Below, in pieces: positions 1 through 9,407 of a stretch of DNA of 64,000 nucleotides. The stretch's first letter is position 1. Each line of letters begins with the position of its first letter. The notes below the pieces were generated by a model that searched no databases, was not told where the DNA came from, and saw only the letters and a list, made by a program, of their open reading frames with translations. The position numbers and the translations under genes were made by a program. This DNA comes from Verrucomicrobiia bacterium (lineage in GTDB: Bacteria; Verrucomicrobiota; Verrucomicrobiia; Limisphaerales; JADLHS01): NCBI GenBank assembly GCA_026125285.1, contig JAHCLO010000002.1, forward strand, positions 211,115-275,114, read 5' to 3'.

Positions 1-2
1 GG

Positions 3-1145
3 ACCTGGATTGCCGGCGGCATCGTGCCGATCTTGATTTATCATGGGCTTAACCTGTTGAGTCCCTCGTTCTTCCTCGTCGCGGCATGTGTGATCTGCGC
101 GATTGTTTCGATTTCGACCGGCAGTTCGTGGACAACGGCGGGCACGGTGGGCATCGCGTTGATTGGCGTGGGGCAAGGTCTGGGCGTGCCGTTGCCGATG
201 GTGGCGGGCGCCATCGTGTCCGGCGCGTATTTCGGCGACAAACTATCGCCGCTCTCGGACACGACGAATCTCGCCCCGGCGGTGGCGGGCTCGGAGTTGT
301 TCGAGCACGTGCGCTACATGATGTTCACCACGGTGCCATCGCTGGCCATTGCGCTGATCATCTATGCCGTGCTGGGCTGGTCGTCCGCGGGGCACAGTGG
401 CGTGAGTGAAGAGAATGTGACGCTGATCCGGGAGACGTTGAGCGGGCATTTCCATTTACATCCGGTGCTGTTGCTGCCGCCGTTGCTGGTGATTCTCATG
501 GTGGTCTTGCGGTTGCCAGCGTTGCCATCGTTGCTAGGTGGAGTGCTGCTGGGGGGCTTGCTGGCGGCTTTTGTGCAAGGCGCGGGATTCAAGGAAGTGC
601 TGGCAGCGGTGCAGACCGGTTTTGTGGCGAAGACGGGCGTGGCGAGTGTGGACGAACTGCTTTCGCGTGGCGGGTTGGAGAGCATGATGCCCACGGTGTC
701 CTTGATTCTCTGCGCGCTGACGTTCGGCGGCGTGATGGAGCGGACGGGTTTGCTGGCGGTGCTGGCGGGAGGAATCCTGCGCCTGGCCCGCGGCGTGGGC
801 GGCTTGGTGAGTGCCACGGTGGTGACGTGTCTGGGCATGAATGTGCTGGCACCGGATCAGTATCTCTCCATCATCGTGCCGGGACGGATGTATCGGGAAG
901 CTTACCAACGGCAGGGGCTGCATCCCAAGGTGCTTTCGCGCACGTTGGAGGACGCGGGCACGCTGAGTTCGCCCTTGGTGCCATGGAACACGTGCGGTGC
1001 GTTCATGAGCACAACGCTGGGCGTTTCCGCGCTGGCGTACCTGCCTTATGCGTTTTTCAATCTCTTGAATCCGGTGATCGCCATCGTGATGGCGTATGCC
1101 GGGTGGAAGATCGCCCAACTGGGACAGAAGCCGCGTGCGCAGTGA
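3..1145 (+). CDS. nhaC: NhaC-family Na+/H+ antiporter, C-terminal part (5' end outside window)
   Basis: The frame of ORF 24..1145 stays open back to nt 3. Polytopic membrane protein with GSSWTTAGTVGIA and YFGDKLSPLSDTTNLA motifs typical of NhaC antiporters. Confidence 0.8.
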   Translation, partial: TWIAGGIVPILIYHGLNLLSPSFFLVAACVICAIVSISTGSSWTTAGTVGIALIGVGQGLGVPLPMVAGAIVSGAYFGDKLSPLSDTTNLAPAVAGSELFEHVRYMMFTTVPSLAIALIIYAVLGWSSAGHSGVSEENVTLIRETLSGHFHLHPVLLLPPLLVILMVVLRLPALPSLLGGVLLGGLLAAFVQGAGFKEVLAAVQTGFVAKTGVASVDELLSRGGLESMMPTVSLILCALTFGGVMERTGLLAVLAGGILRLARGVGGLVSATVVTCLGMNVLAPDQYLSIIVPGRMYREAYQRQGLHPKVLSRTLEDAGTLSSPLVPWNTCGAFMSTTLGVSALAYLPYAFFNLLNPVIAIVMAYAGWKIAQLGQKPRAQ

Positions 1146-1166
1146 ACGACGGGATCCAGTACTTTT

Positions 1167-1815
1167 ATGAGCGGCCATCAACAAGGTGGGAAGCATGGGC
1201 AGAATCGGAGTGATGGGAAAGGTGGTTTCCATTCCTCCCACGCTTCCCATTCTTTCCATGAAGCTGAACGCATCATTTCACCACGCGGCGATTACCAGAC
1301 GCTCCTTTCGTTTGAAAAGGCCGAAGTAATCTACGACCTCACCTTCCGCTTTGCGCACCGGCACCTTGCCCGCGGCGACCGCACGGTGGACCAGATGATT
1401 CAGGCGGCGCGCTCAGGTAAGAAGAATCTCTTGGAGGGCAGCAAAGCCGCGCTCACATCGAAGGAAACCGAAATCAAGCTCACCAACGTAGCCCGCGCCA
1501 GCCTCGAAGAACTGCTCGACGACTACGCAGACTACCTCCGCGCACCCCCTGAGAATCTGGGAGAAGGATTCCAAGGAAGCGCAATATGTTCGCCAGCTTG
1601 GACGACGAACGCCGCAAACTTACGAATTGTATCGCGAGTTCGTGGAAACCCGCACACCCGAAGTGATCGCCAACATCACCATCTGCCTGATTCATCAGGC
1701 GAACTACCTGGTTGACCAGCAACCTCGGCGGTTGGAACGGGATTTTCTCGCACAAGGCGGCCTGCGCGATCGCATGACCCGCGCCCGGCTCGCCCGGCGG
1801 AATCAGGCTGGATGA
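1167..1815 (+). pseudogene. four-helix-bundle protein with suffix domain (23S rRNA IVS-protein-like), split by a 1-nt frameshift near nt 1543
   Basis: ORF 1167..1715 reads ..TVDQMIQAARSGKKNLLEGSKA..TSKETEIKLTNVARASLEELLDDYADYLRA and then degenerates. The next frame from ~1540 continues AHPLRIWEKDSKEAQYVRQLGRRTPQTYELYREFVETRTPEVIANITICLIHQANYLVDQQ..GGLRDRMTRARL to the stop at 1815. This is one protein in two frames. Confidence 0.6.
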
Positions 1816-1978
1816 TGCAAGAGGGGAGTCTCCATTCCCTCGCTGGCGCCGCCGTTAGTCCCTCGCTCAAACTCTGGAAACAGTGGTCGCTATTTGCATG
1901 TTGAACCAAACCGCACGGATCCGGGATGACCCAAACATTGCTTTGACATTGGCTTAAATCGGTCTAAAAAACACCGCC

Positions 1979-3364
1979 ATGCAATCAACCTCAGAAGGCG
2001 TTTCCGCGGCCTCGTCCCGCGGACAATGGGGCTCCCGGTTGGGTTTCATTTTAGCCGCCGCCGGGTCGGCCGTGGGCTTGGGCAACATCTGGCGGTTTCC
2101 CTACATGACCGGCGAGAACGGCGGGGCGGCGTTCGTGGTGGTGTATCTGGTCTGCGTGGCGTTCATCGGTTTGCCGCTGATGTTCAATGAACTCGCGCTG
2201 GGCCGGCGCGCGGGCAAGGATGTGATCGGCGCGTTTCGCGCGACCAAGCCGGGCACGCCCTTCATCATCACGGGCATCTGTTGTCTGGCGTGCTGTTTTT
2301 TTGTGTTGAGTTATTACGGGGTGATTGCCGGCTGGACCGTGGGCTACGCGATCTCCTCGCTGCTGCACAAAAAGGTTGTGTTCGAGGAATTCGCCGCGCG
2401 CCCCGAATTCGTTTTGCCGTTGTTCGGCCTGTTCATCCTGATGACGATTCTCATCGTCCAAGGCGGCGTGGAGAAGGGGATTGAACGGTGGGCGAAAGTG
2501 CTGATGCCCGTGCTGATTGTGTTGTGCGGCGTGGTCATCATCCGCAGCGTGACGCTCGAAGGCGCGTCGGCGGGCATCAAATACTATTTGCATCCGGATT
2601 TCAGCAAGATCAATGGCGACGTGGTGATGAAGGCGCTGGGCCAGGCGTTCTTCTCGTTGAGCGTCGGTTGGGGATTGATGATCACCTATGGCTCGTACAT
2701 GTCCAAGCGGCAGGACATTGTCACGGGCGGAATCTGGGTGGCGGGGATGGATACATTTGTGGCGATCCTGGGCGGCTTCATGGTGTTCCCGGCGGTGTTC
2801 GCGTTTGGACTCGCGCCGGATGCCGGAACGGCGCTGACCTTCAAGACGCTGCCCTCGGTGTTTGACCAGATGCCGGCCGGACAACTGGTCGGCTGCGCGT
2901 TCTTTCTCCTGCTGGGCATCGCGGCGTTGACTTCGACCATCTCGATGCTGGAAGTGCCGGTGGCGTGGCTGGTGGACGAAAAGAAATGGACGCGCAAGAA
3001 ATCCGCCTGGCTGGTGGGCGGGGCGGCGTTCGTGGTGGGCGTCCCTTCGGCGCTGTCCGTGGGCGGAGTCGAGTGGCTGACCAAGCTACACTTTGCCGGC
3101 AAGACGGGTTTCCTCGACATCATGGATCAAATCTTCGGCACGGCCATCATCCTGCTGATTTGCCTGCTGGGCAGCGTGTATGTAGGCTGGTCCTGGGGGC
3201 CGAAACACGCGGTGGACGAAATGGTCGTGACCAACTCGTGGTTCGCCCGACCGCTCGTGGGAGGCATTTCGCCGGCGACGGTGTGGGTGTGGTTCATTCG
3301 TTTTGTCTGCCCCATCGTCGTTACCGTGATGTTGCTGAATATGTTCGGCGTGAAGTTATTCTGA
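1979..3364 (+). CDS. sodium-dependent transporter, neurotransmitter:sodium symporter (SNF/NSS) family
   Basis: 461-aa polytopic protein with the N-terminal signature WGSRLGFILAAAGSAVGLGNIWRFPY. Confidence 0.85.
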   Translation: MQSTSEGVSAASSRGQWGSRLGFILAAAGSAVGLGNIWRFPYMTGENGGAAFVVVYLVCVAFIGLPLMFNELALGRRAGKDVIGAFRATKPGTPFIITGICCLACCFFVLSYYGVIAGWTVGYAISSLLHKKVVFEEFAARPEFVLPLFGLFILMTILIVQGGVEKGIERWAKVLMPVLIVLCGVVIIRSVTLEGASAGIKYYLHPDFSKINGDVVMKALGQAFFSLSVGWGLMITYGSYMSKRQDIVTGGIWVAGMDTFVAILGGFMVFPAVFAFGLAPDAGTALTFKTLPSVFDQMPAGQLVGCAFFLLLGIAALTSTISMLEVPVAWLVDEKKWTRKKSAWLVGGAAFVVGVPSALSVGGVEWLTKLHFAGKTGFLDIMDQIFGTAIILLICLLGSVYVGWSWGPKHAVDEMVVTNSWFARPLVGGISPATVWVWFIRFVCPIVVTVMLLNMFGVKLF

Positions 3365-3523
3365 AGCCCCAACAACCGGCCCGAGCTTCGCAGATGCAAT
3401 AGTGCATACTCTTCCGCTCCAGCACGGGAGGTTTTCCGTTGTGCGGATGGATCGAAAGTGCCAGTCGTGAACCGAATTCCAATTTGACCCCGTAGCTCCT
3501 GTCTCCTACCGTTCGGTAGGTTC

Positions 3524-4135
3524 ATGCCGAGACTCAGCCCCAATGGCGAAACGCGCCAGGAGATTTTGCGCGCCGCGCTCAAGCGGTTTGCGCACTCCGG
3601 CTACGCGGCCACGTCCGTCCAGCACATTGTCGAGGACGCGCGGGTGTCCAAGCCGACGCTGTATTATTATTTCCCGGACAAGGCGGGTCTGTTCCAGGCG
3701 CTGGTGAGCGAGGCGCACGACGAACGATACCGGTTGATGCGCGAGGCGGTGGACAGCACGGAAGACTTCCGCGCGCAATTGGTGGCGATCGTGAGCGCGT
3801 TGTTTCGTTACTTTCTCAAGAACCGGGAGTTGATGCGCATCTCGCTGGCCACGGCGTTCGCCGCGCCGGGCGAAGTCCCGTCCGGGTTGCGTTACCTCGA
3901 CAAGTGCGAGCGGAATTTTGAAGTGATCCACGGCTTGATGAAACGCGCGCGCGCCGCCGGGCATTTGGACCGCCGGTTTGAGAGCCGGGAGCTGGCGTTT
4001 GGTTTCTACGGCCAGATGAATCTGTATTTGATGGCGCATCTGACGATGCCGGGCGGCCGGTTGAACCGCCCGACGGCGGAACGGATTGTGAATCTTTTTT
4101 TGAGCGGCGCGGCCGCGAAGGACAGGAAGGCTTGA
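3524..4135 (+). CDS. TetR/AcrR family transcriptional regulator
   Basis: N-terminal HTH ETRQEILRAALKRFAHSGYAATSVQHIVEDARVSKPTLYYYFPDKAGLF. It lies directly upstream of, and overlaps (4132..4135), the efflux adaptor gene. Confidence 0.85.
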   Translation: MPRLSPNGETRQEILRAALKRFAHSGYAATSVQHIVEDARVSKPTLYYYFPDKAGLFQALVSEAHDERYRLMREAVDSTEDFRAQLVAIVSALFRYFLKNRELMRISLATAFAAPGEVPSGLRYLDKCERNFEVIHGLMKRARAAGHLDRRFESRELAFGFYGQMNLYLMAHLTMPGGRLNRPTAERIVNLFLSGAAAKDRKA

Positions 4136-5220
4136 TGCAAAAACGAATACGATGGAACCAGTTTGGACTGCTGGCGGCGGCCGGTGCCGTGCTGCTGCTG
4201 GCAGCGTGCAAACCCAAACCCGGCGCCGGCGGCGCTCCAGCCGGCGGCTTCGCCGTGCAGGTGGTCGCCGTTGAAGCGCGGCAGCAACCGGTGACCGAAG
4301 CGCTGGGGCTGGTGGGCAGCATCGCCGCCAATGAGATCGTCGAACTCAAAGCGGAGACCGAAGGTATCATCCAGGAGATTCTCTTCGACGAAGGTCAGCA
4401 GGTGGACAAGGGGCAATTGTTGATCCGGCTGGATGACACGAAACTGGCCGCGGCGGTCGCCGAGGCGGAAAGCAGCTTCAAGTTGAGCCAGGCCAATTTT
4501 GCGCGGGCGCAACAGTTGTTTGAAGAGCGTTTGATTTCGCGGCAGGAATTTGATCAAGCTTCCGCGACCTTCGATTTGAACCGCGCGACCTTGGAATTGA
4601 AGCGGCGACAACTCAAAGACACGCGGATTCATGCCCCGTTTGCCGGCATCACCGGTGAACGGCGGGTCAGTCCCGGCCAGGTCATCGCGCGGGAAACGGT
4701 GCTCACGATGCTGGTGGATTTGGACCCGGTGAAGGTCGAGGTGAACGTGCCGGAGCGGTTTCTGCAACAGATCAGGGTTGGTCTGCCACTGGAGTTTTCC
4801 GTGGCGGCGTTCGCAGGCGAGAAGTTTCGTGGAGAGGTGTATTTCGTCTCGCCGCAGATCAACGAAAACCTGCGCACGGCGCTGGTGAAGGCGCGGATTC
4901 CCAACCCGGAAAACAAATTGCTCGGCGGCATGTTCGCCAGCCTGAATCTCACGTTGCAGGTGCGCGAAGCCGCCGTCGTGATTCCCGAGCCGGCGCTTAT
5001 GAGCAATGGCGACCGGTTCTCGGTGTTCGTGGTGGACGCGGACGGCAACGCGCAAATCCGCCCGATCGAAGTCGGCATTCGTCTGGCGGGCAAGGCGGAA
5101 GTGGTCAAAGGGTTGAATGCCGGAGAAAAAGTGGTGGTCGAGGGCGTGCAAAAACTCCGGCCCGGCGCGCCGGTCAAGCTGGCGCCGCCCGAGTCAGCGA
5201 CAGCGTACACGGCAAGTTAG
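4132..5220 (+). CDS. efflux RND transporter periplasmic adaptor (membrane fusion protein)
   Basis: Lipoprotein-like N-terminus (LLLAAC), a coiled-coil hairpin segment and beta-barrel motifs (IHAPFAGITGERRVSPGQ). Sits between the TetR and RND permease genes. Confidence 0.85.
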   Translation: MMQKRIRWNQFGLLAAAGAVLLLAACKPKPGAGGAPAGGFAVQVVAVEARQQPVTEALGLVGSIAANEIVELKAETEGIIQEILFDEGQQVDKGQLLIRLDDTKLAAAVAEAESSFKLSQANFARAQQLFEERLISRQEFDQASATFDLNRATLELKRRQLKDTRIHAPFAGITGERRVSPGQVIARETVLTMLVDLDPVKVEVNVPERFLQQIRVGLPLEFSVAAFAGEKFRGEVYFVSPQINENLRTALVKARIPNPENKLLGGMFASLNLTLQVREAAVVIPEPALMSNGDRFSVFVVDADGNAQIRPIEVGIRLAGKAEVVKGLNAGEKVVVEGVQKLRPGAPVKLAPPESATAYTAS

Positions 5221-5221
5221 C

Positions 5222-8200
5222 ATGATCCTTTCGCGTATTTCCATCCAGCGCCCCGTCCTCGCCACGATGATGAATCTGGTGCTGGTGCTCTTTGGCATCA
5301 TCGCCTTGACGCGCCTGCCGGTGCGCGAGTTGCCGGATATTGACCCGCCCATTGTCAGCGTCACCACCGTTTACGCGGGCGCCAATGCGCAGGTGGTTGA
5401 AACCGAAGTCACAGAGCGGCTCGAGGAACAGATCAACAACATCGAAGGCATCAAGACGCTACGTAGCGAGAGTCGCGAAGGCGTCAGCGTTATTACCATC
5501 GAGTTCGATCTCTCCCGCGATATTGACATCGCAGCGCAGGATGTGCGCGACCGCGTCTCGCGGGTGCGAGGCACTTTGCCCGAGGACATTTTCGAGCCGG
5601 TCATCGCCAAGCAGGATTCCGACGCGCAGCCCATCATTTGGAACGCGTTGAACAGCGATCGTTATTCGACGCTGGAATTGACCACCTTGGCCGAGCGCCA
5701 GATCAAACCCCGGTTGCAGGGGGTTTCGGGAGTCTCTTCGGTCATGATCGGCGGCGAAAAGCGGTTCGCCATGCGGCTGTGGTTGGAATCGGACAAGATG
5801 GCGGCGCGGCAAGTCACGGTGCTGGACGTCGAACGGGCGTTGCGCGAGCAGAACATCGAGTTGCCCAGTGGCCGCGTTGAGAATCTTGACCGCGAAATGA
5901 CCATCCAGACCCGCGGCGAGATGCGCACCGCCGAGGAGTTCAACGATCTCGTGATCCGCGCGGAAGGCACCACGTTGGTTCGGCTGCGCGACATCGGGCG
6001 GGCGGAAGAAGGCGCAGAAGATTACCGCACCATTGCCCGGGCACGAGGCAAACCTTGCGTGTTCCTGGGCGTGGTCAAGCAGGCCAAGGCTAACACCGTC
6101 ACGGTCGCCCGGGATATTCGCGCGGAGATCGAAGCCATGCAGGCCACCCTGCCGGAAGGTTGCGATCTGTGGGTGGCCTACGATTCCAGCGTGTATGTCG
6201 AGCAGGCGATCAGCGAAGTCTGGGAAACGCTCGGCATCGCCTTTGTGCTGGTGGTGCTGATTATTTTCGTGTTCCTGCGGAATTTCCGCTCGACGATCAT
6301 TCCCTCGGTGGCCATTCCCGTGTCGGTCGTCGGCTCGCTCGCGTTTCTCTACTTCATGGATTACTCGGTGAATATTCTCACCATGCTGGCCTTGGTGTTA
6401 AGCATCGGCATCGTGGTGGACGACGCCATTGTGGTGCTGGAAGCCATTTACCGGCACGTGGAGGAAGGCATGTCCCCGATGAAGGCTGCCTTCAAAGCCA
6501 TGGAGGAAATCAGCTTTGCCGTTATCGCCATCACGATTTCGCTGGTGGCAGTGTTTGCCCCGCTCGCCTTTCAAAAGGGCACCACCGGACGCTTGTTCAT
6601 CGAGTTTGCGGTGGCGATGTGTGGCGCGGTGGTGATTTCGGCCTTTGTGGCGCTGACCCTTTCGCCCGCCATGGCGGCGCGCCTGTTGAAACCCGTGAAA
6701 GACCTGAAGCACGGGTCGCTGTTCAACTGGTTTGAACGCGGTTTCAGCCTGATTTCACGGCTTTACGGACACGGGCTGCGCTGGGCGCTGCATCACCGCA
6801 TTTTCATGCTGATGGTGACGCTGGGGACCATCGGGATCATGTTCCTCGCCTATCGCGGACTGGAGCAGGATTTTCTGCCGCTCGAAGACAAGAGCCGCAT
6901 GTTCTGCATCGTCTTTACGCCGAACGGTTCCACCAGCGAGTTTACGGACCGGCAGTTGCGGAAGGCGGAAGCCATCGTGGCGTCCGTGCCCGAAGTGGAT
7001 TCCTACGGGGCAATGGTCGCGCCGGCGTTTGCCGGACCGGGCCAGGCCAACATGGGCGTGATTTTTGTGCGATTCAAGGACAAGAGCGAACGCACGCGTT
7101 CCGTGCAGGAAATCGTCCACGGCCCCGGCGGCGTGGCGCAACGCTTCTTCATGGAAGTGGAAGGCGGCTTTGCGATTCCCAATCTGCCCAAGGCCATTGA
7201 AGTGACTTTCCGCGATTCGCCCTTCGAGTTGATCTTGCAGAATCAGGACCTCGCCGTGCTCAACCAGGTTTCTCAAAGTCTCGCCAACAAACTGCGGGCA
7301 TTGTCGCATCAGGTCAACGGTCGCGAAGAGCCTTACTTGAAGAACGTGCGCGTGGGTTTCGAGGTGGACAAACCGGAGTTGCGCGTGAGCATTGAGCGCA
7401 GCCGCGCGGCCAGCCTCGGCGTGAGCATCCAGGACATTTCGCGCACGATGCAGATTCTCTTTGGCGGCCTAGACCTGAGCCGGATCAAGATGGACGGGAA
7501 GGAATACTTCGTCATGGCGCAACTGGACCGGGAATCCCGGCTCACGCCGCAGGACTTGGACAAGGTGTTCGTGCGCAACAACCGGGGCGAACTCATCCAG
7601 TTGAGCAGCCTCGTCAATCGCGAACAGGGCGCCGCGCCCAATGCGATCAGCCACTATGGCCGCCTGCGGAGTGCCAGCATCAGCGCCTCGACCGGCGAAA
7701 TCCCCATTGGCACGGTGGTGAAGGAAGTGGAGGAGATGCTGGCCACGGAACTGCCGCCGGGCACGCTCTACGCCTGGGGAGGCGACGCCAAAAGCCTGAA
7801 CGAAACGAGCAACGAAGTGTGGTGGATGCTCATCCTGGGGATCATCATCATCTACATGACACTGGCCGCGCAGTTCGAGAGCTTCATTCATCCCATCACG
7901 GTGATGGTGGCGCTGCCGCTGGCGGCGATTGGCGCGTTCGGATTTCTCTGGCTGCTCGATTTCGGCGGGAAGATGGGGCTGTATCCGCCCATTCCGGCGA
8001 TGAACATCAACCTGTTCAGCCTGGTGGGTTTGGTATTGCTCATCGGTTTGGTCACCAAGAATTCCATTCTGCTCGTGGAGTTCGCCAATCAACAAATCGC
8101 GCAGGGCATGGGCGCCCACGAAGCGATGACGCGGGCCGGGTTGATCCGTCTGCGACCGATTCTGATGACCACCTGCGCGACCATCGCCGGCGTGCTGCCC

Positions 8201-8401
8201 ATTGCCATCGGGTTCGGTGCCGGCGCGGAAAGCCGTCGGCCCATGGGCATTGCGGTGGTGGGCGGTTTGCTGACCAGCACTTTTCTGACGTTGTTCATCG
8301 TCCCGGTGGTTTACACCTTCTTCAGTGATGTCGCCGCGCGAATCCAGCGCAAGCGCGAACCGCAACCGGTCCCAGCGATGGCCGCGCCGGTGGCGAAGTA
8401 G
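5222..8401 (+). CDS. RND efflux permease (AcrB/HAE1-like), 1059 aa
   Basis: Start moved to ATG 5222 (MILSRISIQRPVLATMMNLVLVLFG), 1 nt after the adaptor stop. The upstream part of ORF 5117.. overlaps the adaptor gene. 12-TM / two large loop architecture with typical AcrB motifs (VVDDAIVVLE, LVTKNSILLVEFAN). Confidence 0.9.
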   Translation: MILSRISIQRPVLATMMNLVLVLFGIIALTRLPVRELPDIDPPIVSVTTVYAGANAQVVETEVTERLEEQINNIEGIKTLRSESREGVSVITIEFDLSRDIDIAAQDVRDRVSRVRGTLPEDIFEPVIAKQDSDAQPIIWNALNSDRYSTLELTTLAERQIKPRLQGVSGVSSVMIGGEKRFAMRLWLESDKMAARQVTVLDVERALREQNIELPSGRVENLDREMTIQTRGEMRTAEEFNDLVIRAEGTTLVRLRDIGRAEEGAEDYRTIARARGKPCVFLGVVKQAKANTVTVARDIRAEIEAMQATLPEGCDLWVAYDSSVYVEQAISEVWETLGIAFVLVVLIIFVFLRNFRSTIIPSVAIPVSVVGSLAFLYFMDYSVNILTMLALVLSIGIVVDDAIVVLEAIYRHVEEGMSPMKAAFKAMEEISFAVIAITISLVAVFAPLAFQKGTTGRLFIEFAVAMCGAVVISAFVALTLSPAMAARLLKPVKDLKHGSLFNWFERGFSLISRLYGHGLRWALHHRIFMLMVTLGTIGIMFLAYRGLEQDFLPLEDKSRMFCIVFTPNGSTSEFTDRQLRKAEAIVASVPEVDSYGAMVAPAFAGPGQANMGVIFVRFKDKSERTRSVQEIVHGPGGVAQRFFMEVEGGFAIPNLPKAIEVTFRDSPFELILQNQDLAVLNQVSQSLANKLRALSHQVNGREEPYLKNVRVGFEVDKPELRVSIERSRAASLGVSIQDISRTMQILFGGLDLSRIKMDGKEYFVMAQLDRESRLTPQDLDKVFVRNNRGELIQLSSLVNREQGAAPNAISHYGRLRSASISASTGEIPIGTVVKEVEEMLATELPPGTLYAWGGDAKSLNETSNEVWWMLILGIIIIYMTLAAQFESFIHPITVMVALPLAAIGAFGFLWLLDFGGKMGLYPPIPAMNINLFSLVGLVLLIGLVTKNSILLVEFANQQIAQGMGAHEAMTRAGLIRLRPILMTTCATIAGVLPIAIGFGAGAESRRPMGIAVVGGLLTSTFLTLFIVPVVYTFFSDVAARIQRKREPQPVPAMAAPVAK

Positions 8402-8535
8402 TCAAGCGGCCTTCTTCGGGGCCGCACCGCGCCCATTCTCGGGGGATAACGGACGCTGTTGAACTGGCTCGCGGCGCCAGGCTTTCCTTCTGGTCGCGGC
8501 TTTCCATTCCCGCGTCAATCTGTTAAACAGATCGT

Positions 8536-9378
8536 GTGACCGAGCCCAGCCTGTTGCTGCTCATCCCGGCGTACAATGAAGAACAGCGCATCGAACCGGT
8601 GCTGCGCGAGTTCGGCGTTTATTTCCGCGACCACTACCGCGGTCCGTTTCAACTCGTCGTGGTGCTCAATGGTTGTCGCGACAATACGCGCGGCGTGGTC
8701 GAGCGGGTAATGAAGGAGTTCCCCAGCCTCAGTTTCCTGGATTTTCCCGCGCCCATCGGCAAGGGCGGCGCGCTCATCGAAGGCTTGAAGCTGGCCTCGC
8801 ACGCGGAATTGATCGGTTACGTGGACGCCGACGGCGCCTCGCCGCCGCGGGCGTTCCACGAACTGACGCGCCGTCTGGCCGCGGGCGAAGCCGATTGCGT
8901 GATTGGTTCGCGCTGGTTGCCGGATTCGGTGTTGCATCAGGCGCAGCCGCTGCTCCGACGCTTCACCAGCCGCTGTTTTCATCTCGTGGTGGAACTGCTT
9001 TTCTGGCTGCACGTGAAGGACACGCAATGCCCCTGCAAAGTGATGAAACGCGCCGTGGTGGAGAAAGTGCATGAATCGCTCTGCATTGCCGACCTCGCGT
9101 TCGATGTGAATCTGCTGGTAGCCGTCAAGCGCGCGGGATTCAGGACCCTCGAAGTGCCGACCGAGTGGACGGACAAGCTGGGCTCGAAGGTGAGTTCCAC
9201 GCTGTTCCGTTCGTCGTTGACGATGTTTCTCTCGGTGGTGCGGGTGCGGCTGATTCACTCGCCGTTCTACGGTTGGCTGAGGCGACTCGGCTTGGGACCG
9301 CTGGAGGCGTGGATTTACCGGAAGTTGCGCGCGCCCAAGCCCTACTCGGGGCTGCGTTCCACGGAAGACGACGCGTAG
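8536..9378 (+). CDS. family 2 glycosyltransferase (dolichyl/polyprenyl-phosphate glycosyltransferase-like)
   Basis: LLLIPAYNEEQRIEPVL, VVVLNGCRDNT and YVDADGASPP (DxD) motifs of the GT2 fold. Confidence 0.75.
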   Translation: MTEPSLLLLIPAYNEEQRIEPVLREFGVYFRDHYRGPFQLVVVLNGCRDNTRGVVERVMKEFPSLSFLDFPAPIGKGGALIEGLKLASHAELIGYVDADGASPPRAFHELTRRLAAGEADCVIGSRWLPDSVLHQAQPLLRRFTSRCFHLVVELLFWLHVKDTQCPCKVMKRAVVEKVHESLCIADLAFDVNLLVAVKRAGFRTLEVPTEWTDKLGSKVSSTLFRSSLTMFLSVVRVRLIHSPFYGWLRRLGLGPLEAWIYRKLRAPKPYSGLRSTEDDA

Positions 9379-9407
9379 TCAATTCCCACTAACATAAGCC
9401 AATCGAG

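Noticed and set aside
5117-5221. N-terminal extensions proposed by the ORF track, here and at 16883..17074, 10974..11087, 30060..30104, 32073..32111, 35874..35987, 37303..37464, 37833..38012, 50999..51175 and 57849..57974.
   Set aside because: The extensions overlap the upstream gene or a repeat element and are compositionally junk. Internal ATGs give canonical N-termini (for example MILSRISIQRPV, MPPRILLIEDD, MNLTLEPWIP, MKSLFYQMAML with GGAGG upstream).
8406-8425. Hairpin GCGGCC-N8-GGCCGC just after the RND permease stop, as an intrinsic terminator.
   Set aside because: The stem is short and no T-tract follows, so I cannot support a terminator call.
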